Shown: in pieces, positions 1-10,511 of the stretch
Numbering within the stretch: position 1 is the first letter of the stretch
Layout of the letters: each line of letters opens with the position of its first letter
Source: Anthoceros angustus
Lineage: Eukaryota; Plantae; Anthocerotophyta
Assembly (NCBI GenBank): GCA_010909165.1
Contig: VJWM01000392.1
Coordinates: 1-22,995, forward strand
DNA: 22,995 bases
Direction: 5' to 3'
The notes under the pieces: generated by a model
The model's input: only the letters and a program-made list of their open reading frames with translations
Told to the model about the DNA's origin: nothing
Databases searched by the model: none
Program-made: the position numbers and the translations under genes

Positions 1-1459
1 CGGAGAAACCCGATTACATTTCGGCGTCGAAAAGAGATACACCGATCAACAACTCGGTAGCGTTCAGTGCTGTTCACCCAGACGACCGCCCCTACATTGA
101 GTCCGCGATCATCGAAGCAAGTAATCCAGAAAATGGCGGCTATATAAACTCGAATATCGGGTCATCGGAATTGAAAATGGAATACTCAGATGGGCATGTT
201 CTAGAGGCAAAATTACATTTGATGACAATGGACAAGCCTTTCGATTCGCAGGGGTAATACAAGACATTACCGCGAGAAGGAGGCAGAGAATAATCGTAAT
301 GCATCCCTGTGCGGAATCGGAAATATTGAGACAGCTATCTGAAACGGCGACGGTAACACCCCGACTTTGTGACAATTTTGACCGGGAATGTCGCATTATA
401 TCCGCCAACCCCGGATTGCTTTCGGCCCGGGAGTTTGTTGGAATGAAATAATTGGCAAGCGACTAAATGAGGTGAATCAGTCCGACTGGAATGCCGCTAA
501 AATTGAAGAGGAAATCCAACAGGAAAAAACATCCGGTGCGAAGCACATTGGCCCTTCCTCACTCGCGTTTAGGCGCATGGCATTTTGATTATATTCTTTC
601 ACCCGTGTTCGACGGGACAGGGCTTAGTAGAGGCCGTTGCATGCATTACTCGAGATATAAGCGAAACCAAAACTAAGGAAGCAGGAGTGATGAAAAATGC
701 AGCCGATTACCGGATGCTGATAGACCGCCTTGAAAGCACGATAACGAAACGAACAAGAGAACTGCAGCGATCCAATGATGACCTTTAACATTTTGCTCAT
801 GCAGCATCCGACCTGAAGAGCCCATTCGGAAGATTTTTACGTTCAGTAACTTGTTGGAAACTAAATTAAATCCTTACCTAACGGAAGAAACAGCTAAATA
901 CTTTTTAAAAGTAGATAATGCCGCATAAAGAATGTATTCCATGATTGACGGGGTTTTACTTTACACCTCGATGGATGCTCAAAATTGCTTTGAATAACAG
1001 ATCAATTTGAAAGATCTTGTCGAAAAGATAAAAGACGATCTAGAACTCATCTTCTCGGAGAAACAAGCATCCTTAATCCTAAGCAATCTGAATAATATAA
1101 AAGGCTCGCCAGCTCTTGTTTATCAACTATTTTACAATCTGCTCAAAAATTCGCTTGAATTTCCGAATGGCGAAAAGTAAACGGTCATTAAGTTAAGCTG
1201 CCAAAGGCTTCATCGAGTGCATCCCGTCAACTTCACGGCAGCAACTTCAACATGATCCGGGTCGAAGACAATGGGATCGGCTTCGACCCACAATTTGCCG
1301 ATGAGACATTCCGAACCTTTATTCGTTTACATCCCAAAGACCGTTACGGAAGCGGCTTGGGATTATCCTTGCAAAAACAGTCGAACGTCATGGCGGTAAG
1401 ATCTGGGCAGAAGTCAGGAACATAATGGGTCCATCTTCAGCATTCTTTGGCCTGAGTAA
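1..1459 (+). pseudogene. Decayed PAS-PAS-HisKA-HATPase sensor histidine kinase (5' end outside window)
   Basis: Stitched translation: VHPDDRPYIESAI..EYRVIGIENGILRWACSRGKITFDDNGQAFRFAGVIQDIT (PAS/PAC); DYILSPVFDGTGLVEAVACITRDIS (second PAC); RTRELQRSNDDL*HFAHAAS-DLK (H-box, His codon missing near 809-810); VYQLFYNLLKNSLEF (N-box); VEDNGIGFDPQFADETFRTFIRLHPKDRY..GLGLSL (G1/F/G2); likely stop TAA 1457-1459. In-frame TAA at 786-788, 926-928 and 995-997 with frame kept on both sides. Confidence 0.8.
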
Positions 1460-1467
1460 GTGCACCA

Positions 1468-2490
1468 CTAAATGTTTAGCCGAATGGCAAACGTTTTTAC
1501 GTTCTTCCTGAAACTCGCGGATAGAACCACCGAAGTATTCGATTCGGCGCTTTATATCTGCTTCTATATTTGGCATATCGTCCATACGAAAGTCACCGTC
1601 TGTTATGTCTACAGTAAGTAGTACAGAGTTGCCATTTCCGTTTACCTGCACGTTCACAGTTGTTGTTGGACAGCATTTACGCGAGATGATCAGAAATCCC
1701 TGAATAATTCGAAAAGGGAAAGCTTTTCCGTCATGCTAACCGCTCAATCCTTTCATATGCACATTTAACAACAACCTTCTGATCCAGATGACTGCTTTCT
1801 ATGTAGCTTTCAAGCCTTCCGGAAACCAAGGTCGACAACGGCGGAAGGTGCAAGACTATCGCTTGACGCAGCGATCTCACAAATGGACTGGTCTATCTCA
1901 ATGGAAAGCTTATCGATGATCTCTTTGGTATAATTATCTCCTGCCACTGATTGTAACATTAATTTGCAATAAACCGGGGTTTGGTTGACTCGATCCCACC
2001 AGTTGCGTAGCGATATTTTGTCGCTCCGACTCCTGCACATCAATAACCTCTCTGAGCATGCAAAGCCTTGAATTAGCCTAGTCTCCAATTCCTTACGTAA
2101 CTTATATCAGCCACATGGACAAAAAAGCCTTCTACTTCACCATTAACCACATCAGGATAGTAGGTTGCTAGTGAATAGCAGGTCCCCGAACCGTCCTTCG
2201 GTATTTTTCGCGCTCAAAACTTGTTCATTCCCTTGTAAAACGGCTTTTATGTGCGGAAGATTCTTACTGTATAAAGTGGGACCCAACAACTGCTCCAGAG
2301 TCATGCGACCGATCAGTTCCTCCTTAGGTTTTCCAAACCAGTTGCGATAAGCATCGTTTGCAAAACGGCATATTTGATCTTTATCCCAATATGCCAGCAT
2401 AGCGCCTATCCGGTTGGCTACTTTAAGGGCAACCTTGCTCAGGTTTTCAGGTGAAGAATATCTTGCTTCACCTTCAAATAGTTCAGACAT
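1468..2490 (-). CDS. PAS domain protein with degenerate HisKA_3/HATPase-like C-terminus (probable pseudo-kinase); frameshifted in this read
   Basis: ATG 2490: MSELFEGEARYSSPENLSKVALKVANRIGAMLAYWDKDQICRFANDAYRNWFGKPKEELIGRMTLEQLLGPTLYSKNLPHIKAVLQG (PAS_4-like). Then VQESERQNIATQL(V/W)DRVNQT.VYCKLML..EIAASSDSLAPSAVVDLGF (HisKA_3-like), EKLSLFRIIQGFLIISRK (N-box position) and IKRRIEYFGGSIREFQE (HATPase tail). Likely stop TAG at 1468-1470. Confidence 0.7.
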
Positions 2491-3010
2491 ATCGTGGTTT
2501 GAGGGTAATATGTCTTGGTCTCTGGTCAGGACAAGTAATTCGTTGATTACATGGGTATCGATTAGGCGATGCAAAGTATAAAAACAATTCGTACTTTAAC
2601 TTGGGTTTTTCTTAAGTGACAAAAAGGGCTGCCGACTATGCTTTTGAGTACCAGCCAGACAAGAGCAACATTCAGCTTTTAACCTGTTTCCCTCGCGTTA
2701 ACTATAATGTGGACCCCAAACGTTCCGAGAACAATATTCGGCGAATAATCGATTCTATAAAGACCTTAACCATTATCAGGTTGATGTGGAGAACGGCAAA
2801 CAATTATCGAAACGCTTGAGGATTATCCCCACTCTTAGTTATGCTAACCTATTGATTTTCAAATTATTTATTGTAACATCAAAACGTATTTACTTCATAC
2901 ACTGCCGTCATAGCCAAGGTGCTATTAACGTTGCGTCTATCATCTACGATACATTGTAGGTCGGTTTATTCGTTGATGGATAGACGAGCTCGCACAATGA
3001 GCATTGTTGA

Positions 3011-3290
3011 TTGAACTTGGACCTTGATGAAAAATATCCCCATATCCGGTTTTTTGTTCGCAGGGGTTATCCCGATGGCGCCCCGGTTACTTTGGCCCGT
3101 ACAAATGGACGCGAAATAACCATCAGCACTTGGGCGCGTAGACGAGCGGCGTCTTATTATGCAGCAGCTTCATCCTATCTTGTGTCCTATTGGAGTTTCT
3201 TTGCCGAAAGACCAAAACGGAGCACCTTGACCTTGGCGCTTTATGGTTCCTGCGTGCGCATTTGATGCAATTGAGATCGTGAGCAAATAG
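3011..3290 (+). CDS. Possible small hypothetical protein (frame uncertain)
   Basis: Open frames span 3011-3290; one ends at TAG 3288-3290, one base before the ATG of the next kinase (3292), which would fit translational coupling. No recognisable motif. Confidence 0.25.
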
Positions 3291-3291
3291 A

Positions 3292-4693
3292 ATGAATGAG
3301 CCTATTTTGCAAGAACGCGAGGAGGAGCTGCGCATTAGCAATGAGCGATTGAATTTGTGGCCCTAGCTACCAGCTATATCGTGTGGGACTGGAATCTGGA
3401 AACAGGCCAGACTTTTGTCAATGATTTCTTCACTCACATGTATGGTTTTGTGGTGAACCGGGATGGGCGATTTGAGGCACAGGAGGAAAACCTGCATCCG
3501 GACGACCGCGACCGGTGATCGGTTCTCAGAACCGAGCCCTGCATAATCCGAATACCCATTTATGGATGTCGAAATACCGCTTCTGCAAAGCGGATGGATC
3601 TCTATTGCCTATGTATCGGACAAGGCGGTGATCATCAGCAACAGCGAGGCAAGGCAATACGGATGGTGGGCTCGGTGCGCGACATCACCGAATCTCGGAA
3701 ATTTGAAGAGCAGGAGCGCACGGCCAAAGAGCGCTACTTTCTGCTATTTGAAGATTCGCTCACACCTAAATGGAGAATCGATGAAGCCACGCTTCGCTTC
3801 GTGGAAGTGAACAAGGCGGCAATCGAGCACTACGGTTATACACGCGATGAATTCCTCGCCATGACGATTACTGATATCCGACTCGAGGATAGGATGAGGC
3901 TTTCGCAGCTAATGCACGAGCTGAAAGAAGAATGCACGCTTCCGAGGGTGATGCGGCACAAGAAAAAGACGGCAGCCTGATCGATGTGGGCGACCTCCCA
4001 CCATACGAGCAGAATGGCCGCCTGTCCATTGTTGTGGTGTCCAACGACATTGCGGAAAAGATCCAAGCGCAGAAGCAGCTGGGCCGTGCCATCATCCAGA
4101 CCGTGAAAAGAACGCAGCGCCATGGGCAAGGAGCTCCACGACAATGTTAACCAGATGCTCACTACCGCCGGGCTCTACACGCAGTTGGCCGATGACGGTC
4201 CGGGCGACCGTACCCAATTCCTTCACAAAGGTGTAGACCTCATTCAAAAAGCATTGACGAAATCCGCGGCCTCTCAAGGGCCACCGTATCGCCACCTTAT
4301 TTGACTTCGGCTTCAAGGAAGCCGTGGAGGAGCTTCCAATTATTTCAGCGACTTGCAGGTCTTCGTCTCCAACTCGACTGCTAGCTCGGCGAAGAGCGCC
4401 TCGACCGGGAGTTAAAGCTCTCAATCTACCGCATTGTGCAGGAGTTGCTCAATAACATCGTGAAATATGCGCAGGCAAGCGAAGTGAAAATTATCTTGCA
4501 TAACCGAGGTAACTGGATTTGCGTGGCCGTGCAGGACAACGGCATCGGCTTCGACCCTAACAGTGTGCGCAAAGGCATCGGCCTCTCAAACGTCCGCAGC
4601 CGCGTGGCGGTGCACAATGGCAAGGTGCGTATCCAGTCTGCTCCCAGTGAAGGCACCAAGGTGTTGATGGTATTTCCGGTAGAACTGGCTTGA
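3292..4693 (+). CDS. Cytoplasmic PAS-PAS sensor histidine kinase, HisKA_3 (NarX/UhpB-like) type; frameshifted in this read
   Basis: ATG 3292 MNEPILQEREEELRISNER..ATSYIVWDWNLETG..LHPDDRDR..KAIRMVGSVRDITE (PAS_3); RYFLLFEDS..LRFVEVNKAAIEHYGYTRDEFLAMTITDIR (PAS); GKELHDNVNQMLTTAGLY (H-box); YRIVQELLNNIVKYA (N-box); VQDNGIGFD..KGIGLSNVRSRV (G1/G2); stop TGA 4691-4693. Confidence 0.9.
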
Positions 4694-4747
4694 GAGTAGG
4701 CCAAGGTGCTCAAAAAGGATTGATTGTATAAAGATGAACCTATTGTC

Positions 4748-4791
4748 ACCCTATTTTGAAAATGACAAGTAGCTTATTTTCAAAATAGGGT
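4748..4791. terminator. Perfect 16-bp inverted repeat with 12-nt loop downstream of the HisKA_3 kinase (terminator or protein-binding site)
   Basis: ACCCTATTTTGAAAAT (4748-4763) / ATTTTCAAAATAGGGT (4776-4791), followed by TATTTT; about 55 nt after the stop at 4693. Confidence 0.6.
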
Positions 4792-5077
4792 TATTTTAAG
4801 CACCATAGTGCTATAACCTCCTATCGCAAGAGTTAGGGATTCCAGTGACCATCTTAACTTATCTATCAAGTACTCTTTAATTACTGGCTGCTATACTGAA
4901 AACTGTTCTAAATCCTAAGCTCTGATGAACGCTGGCGTCCAAGCCTTAGCAAACCTGAACCCAACCTAAACAAGTGCCTGAACGACTTGCCCCTCCCGGA
5001 GGTATTTTTTGTTTCTAGGCTGCCGCTTTAACAAAATTGGATGTAGACGGGTTATTGACAATCAGGGTGATGGAGCA

Positions 5078-5220
5078 CTGGAAAACCACATTTACGCCAT
5101 CGCGCTATATTTCGTATACTACAATTTCGCTCAGCTCAAGACAGTCAGGTAACGCCTGCCATGGCTGCTAAACCAAGGAAGCGGTTAATGACAATTGAAG
5201 AAATAATGGTAATGATTGAC
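5078..5220 (+). mobile_element. Remnant of an IS1-family transposase C-terminus
   Basis: LENHIYAIALYFVYYNFAQLKTVR/VTPAMAAKPRKRLMTIEEIMVMID resembles the C-terminal motif of IS1-family DDE transposases as I recall it (ENHxxAxALxFxxYNFxRxHxTLRVTPAMAAG..IEEI). The upstream catalytic region is not recognisable. Confidence 0.7.
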
Positions 5221-5480
5221 AGTACACTACACATACACCGGCTCGGCGGTGGTGACAATGTCACACAGCCGCAATCGCCATTTAACGGTACCGTTTACGC
5301 ACTTATCCTTGTCTAAGATCAAACCGACTGCTGCAAAAGTTAAACAAACCTTTTATCAGCGCTTTTATATTCACATGTAAAGTCATTAATGAACGTCCCA
5401 AATTATTTGTTTTATTTCTGGGAATTAACGGGTTAACAGTCGACAGGATTAAGTATCTTTAAACACAATCCCAACTGTTT

Positions 5481-8400
5481 ATGGAAAATCATGCTACGGC
5501 AGCCGAGGCTCAGTGAGCGATCAAGCTGTCATGCGATCGTCCAGCACATACCGATGGCTGCGTCCATCCTGTTGGGAGCCAATTTCATTATTCAGACAGC
5601 CAACGCCAAACAGCTGGAACTCTGGCAGAAAACAGCTGCCGAAGCGATCGGCAAGCCCATTTTCAAGCGCTTCATGACATGGAAGCACCGGGTTCAAGCC
5701 ATTCTCACCCGGTATTCAGATCGGGGAAATTATACAAAGGCGTGAATATTCTGGCCGTTTCTTACGACAGGGAACATGCGAAACCGGGTTTTCGACGTCA
5801 CTTGCGAACCCTACCTGAGCGACACGGGCGACGTGGACGGACTGATCGTGCTTGTACGGGAAGCTGAAGAAAAGCATTCCGTCGCCGGAACCCCAAACCG
5901 GGGACTCTATCCCGCCCTGCGACACGCAGGCCGCTCAGGATCGCCAAGGAGATCAGGATCCGGACTTCATTGAGGAGCGGTTCAGCCAGGCTGTTCTGGA
6001 AAGTTCACCGGATTGCCTCAAAGTGTTGAATACGTCGGGAGAACTGGTATATATGAATGAACATGGCCGTTGCCTGATGGAGATAGACGATTTCACGCCA
6101 CTCCAGAACAGGCCTGGTGGGACCTCTGGCCGCTGGAATCACGCAACCGGTACAGGCATCAGTTCAGCTGGCCATGGTGGGTGAAGTGGCCCAGTTCGGG
6201 CGTTCTGCCCTACCGCGAAAGGCAAACCCAAATGGTGGGATGTACGTGTTTCCCGCTGAAAACGGACAGGAAGCGTTTCCGGCTGATCGCCGTTTCGCGG
6301 GATATTACCGTATCGAAAGAGAGCGAATCCACCCTCATCAACCGGAACCAGCAAGACCGGTTGCCGCACCGCCCAACGACTGATCCTGCACAACGTCGGC
6401 GAGACTGAATTGCTGCAGTCCGTTTTCGAAGACGTCTCGCGGTCGCTTGCACTGGAAAGCTTTTAATTTTCAAACCGACAACGATGCCGGTACCCTTCAC
6501 CTGCATACCTATGGAGGGCTGACACCGGGAGAAAGCGCCTTGTTCGCCACGATGAAGTTTGGCGACCATCTCTGTGGGCAGGTTGCCGCCCAAAGAAAGA
6601 TGATCGTAGTGGAAGATGTCCTTCATGCGGCCTACCCGGGTAGCGAAGCCATAGTCGAGTCCGGCATGAAAGCATATGCCGGCTTTCCACTGCTTGCAGG
6701 CGGCGTTCTTATCGGCACCGTGTCCTTCACGCGGAACCGAACGCATTTCTACACTAGCGAGATTCAAACCATCCGGGCTGTTTGCGACCAGCTTTCGGTC
6801 ACGATCGAAGACAACGTCTGCACCGGGGAACTCGGAGGGCGACAGTAAGTTCCGCACCATATTCAATCACCAGTTCCAGTTCACCGGCCTGCTCACCCCG
6901 ATGCAAGGATCATCGACATCAGTGATTCGGCCGTACGCATGTCCGGGATCACGCGCACCGGACTTCAAGGCAAACTTTTCTTCGAAGCGCTGGTTCGCAC
7001 AGCTGCCAGTCCCGGGCCGTGTGGCGGGAACAAATTACCGAAGCGCTCCACGGCTCTATATCTTCGAGAGAGAAACCCCTACGGCGCCCGACGGGTCGGT
7101 TCGGTACGCACTCAATACCGCCTCAGCTATCCGCAACGAAAGGGTAAGGTGGAATACATGATCGTGGAAGGAATTGATATCACTGAACGAAAACAAACCG
7201 AACTGGCTCTGCAGGAGAGTGAACGAAGATTTCGCCATACATTTCAAAGCTCACCGGTTTCCAAATGGGTCGAGGACTATTCGATCACCGGAAACACATT
7301 CTCGAACTGCAGGAAAACGGGGTGGCCGACTTCGATGCTTTTTGCCAGTCACCCCAAACGCTGATCATGCTGATCGACAGCGTCGTCGTCAAAGATGTTA
7401 ATGAGGCAGCCACGATCTTGTACGGTGGATCCAAGGAAGAACTCCTCAAAGGCCTTAAAGACTTTTGTTGCCGATACGATCTCCGCATTCATCGAACAAG
7501 TGAAGCTCATCGCAGCGGGTGGCGGACGATACGAAAAGTGCTTGGTACGGGCAAAAATGGACAACTCAAAGTGTGATCGTCCGCATCGATTTTCCCGAGG
7601 TGATAATTACCGGGACCTGATCGTGGCGGTCGTTGACGTATCGGAAAGAAAGGAATTGGAACGAAAGCTCAAACTGCAGTACGACGAACTAGTAACCCTC
7701 TACCAAACCGCTCCGATCGGCGGCTATGATTAATAAAGCCTTTCGGTTTGAGCGCGTCAATGAACGCCCGCCCAGCTCAACGGCCTCTCCGCCAACCAGC
7801 ATATCGGGCGAAGCATTGAAGAGATCGTACCCGATCTGGCGGGTCAGGCGAAGGCGATCTTTCAAAAGTGCTCGAGACAGGAGAACCCGTCCTCAACGTG
7901 GAAATAATCGGACAGACTGGAGCACAACTTTGGTATTGAAAGGATCTGGAATGAAAGCTGGCATCCCGTAAAGGCGAGGCCGGTGACATTCTCGGAATAT
8001 CGGTAGTAGTGGAAGAGATATCCGAGCGCAAAAGCCGAAGAGGCGCTCCGGCGATCGGAAGAACAGGTGCGCACGGTGCTGAATGCGTCAGAACAGGAAT
8101 CTGGATCGTGGACCTGTGCAATATGAAATATACTGGTCACCACAGCACTACGAGATCTTTGGCGTAACGGAATTTGACGGCAGCGTAGAGACGTTCAAAA
8201 GCACGGTTCACCCGGATGACATCGGGCAGGTGTGGTCGGCTTTCTCAACCGCGATTGAACTTGGCGGACAGTACCGGTCCGAATTCCGGATCGTGCAGCC
8301 CTCCGGCCAGTGCGGTGGGTGGCCAATCACGGCCATTGTGAATACGACGCCGGGGCAAGGCGGTTCGCTTTCTCGGTATTGCGCAGGATATTACCGAACG

Positions 8401-9539
8401 TAAAGAAGCCGAGCAGGCCATCATTGAAAGCGAAACCCGCTTCCGGTCGCTGGCCGAGGCCCTGCCCAGATGGTCTGGACAGCCGACCCGGAAGGAAAAA
8501 TCCTGTACATATCAAAATACTGGAAAGAGTACTCCGGGAAAGACCGGGCGGAAGAAGCACGGAACTATATGGTTCACCGGAGGACCTGCCGTTACTGGTC
8601 GCCGACCGCGAACGGTACATTGCCCTGAAGCTACCCTACCGGCAACAACTCCGGCTGCGCAACAGGCAGGGGATTATCGCTGGCACCAATCCATTTCCGA
8701 GCCATTGAAAGACGTGGATGGATCCGTGCTCAAGTGGGTGGGCGCCATGACCGATATACATGCCCAAAAACATTTGCTGAAAGACTGGAGGAACTGGTTG
8801 CCGAGCGGACCAGCGAATTGAAGCGAAGTAATGACGATTTGGAGCAATTTGCACACGCTGCCAGCCACGACCTGAAAGAGCCGGTGCGCAAGGTCCTGAC
8901 ATTCGTGAGCCGCACGGAGCTCGAAGCCGGAACAGAGCTATCGGAAAAGGCAAAGTCTTACTTGGCCAAGATCAACAGTGCGGCCCGCCGCAGCTATGAT
9001 ATGATTGAAGGGATGCTGCACTTTTCGATGCTCAATAGTCCGCAGGCCCATATGAGGAAGTGCAGCTCCGTAGTTGCCTGCATGAAATCGAAATGGACAC
9101 GGAAGTGGTGATCACGGAAAAGAATGCACAGCTTCTGATCGGTGATCTGCCTGCAGTCACTGGTTATCCAAATCTGATCCACCAGCTCTTTTACAACGTC
9201 GGCAATGCATAAATACGCAAAGCCGGGTACGGCTCCGCAGATCGGCATCCACGCCCATCAGGCATCCACAAACAAAATCCGGCGTCTCGGCCTTCCGCCC
9301 GGCAAAACTTCCTCTGTGTGAGCGTTCAGGATAATGGCATCGGCTTCGACCCGCAATTTTCAACCTACATCTTTCACGTTCAGCCGGCTTCATCCAAAAG
9401 ATCAATACGAAGGCGCCGGTTTGGGATTGGCGCTCTGCAAGAAGATCGCCGATCTGCATGGAGGCCTGATCCGGGCGGAAAGCGAAGAAAACAAGGGGCC
9501 ACATTTCATGTATATTTTCCGGTTGCTGGTGAAACATAA
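5481..9539 (+). CDS. Very large cytoplasmic multi-sensor histidine kinase: PAS-PAS-GAF-5xPAS-HisKA-HATPase (~1,350 aa); frameshifted in this read
   Basis: PAS starts: IVQHIPMAASILLG (~5540), VLESSPDCLKVL (~5995), FRTIFNHQFQFTGLLTP (~6850), FRHTFQSSPVSKWVEDYS (~7230), LYQTAPIG (~7700), VLNAS..YWSPQHYEIFG..VHPDD (~8080), FRSLAEA..QMVWTADPEG (~8440). GAF: FGDHLCGQVAAQRKMIVVEDV..MKAYAGFPLLAGGVLIGTVSF (~6450-6830). H-box [24 protein letters not shown]; VQDNGIGFDPQF..FSRLHPKDQYEGAGLGLALCKKI; stop TAA 9537-9539. No obvious TM segment. Confidence 0.9.
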
Positions 9540-9603
9540 GGATAGGCAACCCTTTGGTGTCAGCACCGCTACCGAGCCCTTGGGGCCTCACAATTAGTGA
9601 AAT

Positions 9604-9625
9604 TCACTTAAAACGATTTAAGTGA
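9604..9625. promoter_or_regulatory. 9-bp inverted repeat (operator-like or weak terminator) between the large kinase and the GAF gene
   Basis: TCACTTAAA-ACGA-TTTAAGTGA; function not determinable from sequence. Confidence 0.3.
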
Positions 9626-9746
9626 TTGATTTAGCGTCTGTAACATGTTTGGCGATTCACCGGGAAAAATCAAGTCATCATCGAACGGCGATTTAAAAAG
9701 CAGGCTGGTGTTTAGCTTTATCATTGGAAACACAAATCCAAACACG

Positions 9747-10511
9747 ATGAATTATCCAATCCCCTTAATGAAAATGACCGCCTGCGGGATATCGAAGCTG
9801 CAAATATTCTCGGTACTGCCGAGGAAGAAGAATACAATGCGCTGGTAGAGCTGATCGCTGCGATCACCGATTGCCCAGTATCGCTGATCAGCATCGTGGC
9901 CGAAGACCGGCAATGGTTTAAGGCACGCAAGGGCATTCCCGAAGGAACCCGCCGCGAGGTAGCATTCTGTTCCACACCATCATGCAGGATGAAGTTATGG
10001 TGGTGGAAGACGCGCGGCAAGATGAACGCTTTGCGCAGAACCCGTTGGTAGTAGGTTCCTACCGGTACGCTTCTATGCAGGCGTTCCTGTTAAGTCGCCG
10101 GCCGGACACGCTATGGGCACGGTCTGCGTCCTCGATACCAAACCTAGAAAATTATCTAATGCCAAACAGAAAGCCCTGAAAGTCGTGGCAAATAAGGTAG
10201 GTGAACTTATCTGGCTACGCATGCGCGAACGCGATGCGAACAAATGGGCAATCGAATTCGAAGATTACAGAACCTTCAAATAGCAAAGCAACAAGTTAAA
10301 CACCGAAACGCTGGAGGCCATTGGCTACCAGTTGCACGAGGAATATGCTCAGTCAATTGCGGCATGCATGAAGTTTATGGAGATCGCACAAACATCGACC
10401 GAAATGACGGCCCCAACCATTGAACGCACCCGCGAAGTATTGAACGATGTACTGCTTGGAATAAGACAGCTGTCGCAGCAGATCAATCCGGGACATTTCC
10501 AAATCGGTTGA
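9747..10511 (+). CDS. GAF domain protein with C-terminal HisKA_3-like DHp domain and no ATPase domain
   Basis: [123 protein letters not shown] (GAF), then LEAIGYQLHEEYAQSIAACMKFME..IRQLSQQINPGHFQIG* (TGA 10509-10511). A TAG at 10281-10283 in the linker may be read error. Confidence 0.8.

Noticed and set aside
786-997. TAA reassignment or readthrough (three in-frame TAAs in the first kinase)
   Set aside because: TAA ends other genes here at the expected C-termini (9537-9539, 14196-14198, 21224-21226), and this gene also lacks its His codon; decay is the simpler explanation.
2570-2580. Bacteroidota -7 promoter box (TAnnTTTG) upstream of the pseudo-kinase, and near-matches at ~5454 and ~9713
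   Set aside because: Only imperfect matches (TACTTTG, TATCTTTA, TAGCTTTA) with no clear -33 element; not supportable in indel-prone sequence.
4916-4950. Hammerhead ribozyme (CTGATGA followed by a short ACGC/GCGT stem)
   Set aside because: The required GAAA after stem II is absent (CCAAG instead) and stems I and III cannot be built.
6210-6866. 218-aa minus-strand ORF and similar antisense ORFs (e.g. 9157-9591, 4426-4749, 14534-14947, 22532-22960)
   Set aside because: They lie opposite well-supported genes and show no motifs; they are shadow ORFs.
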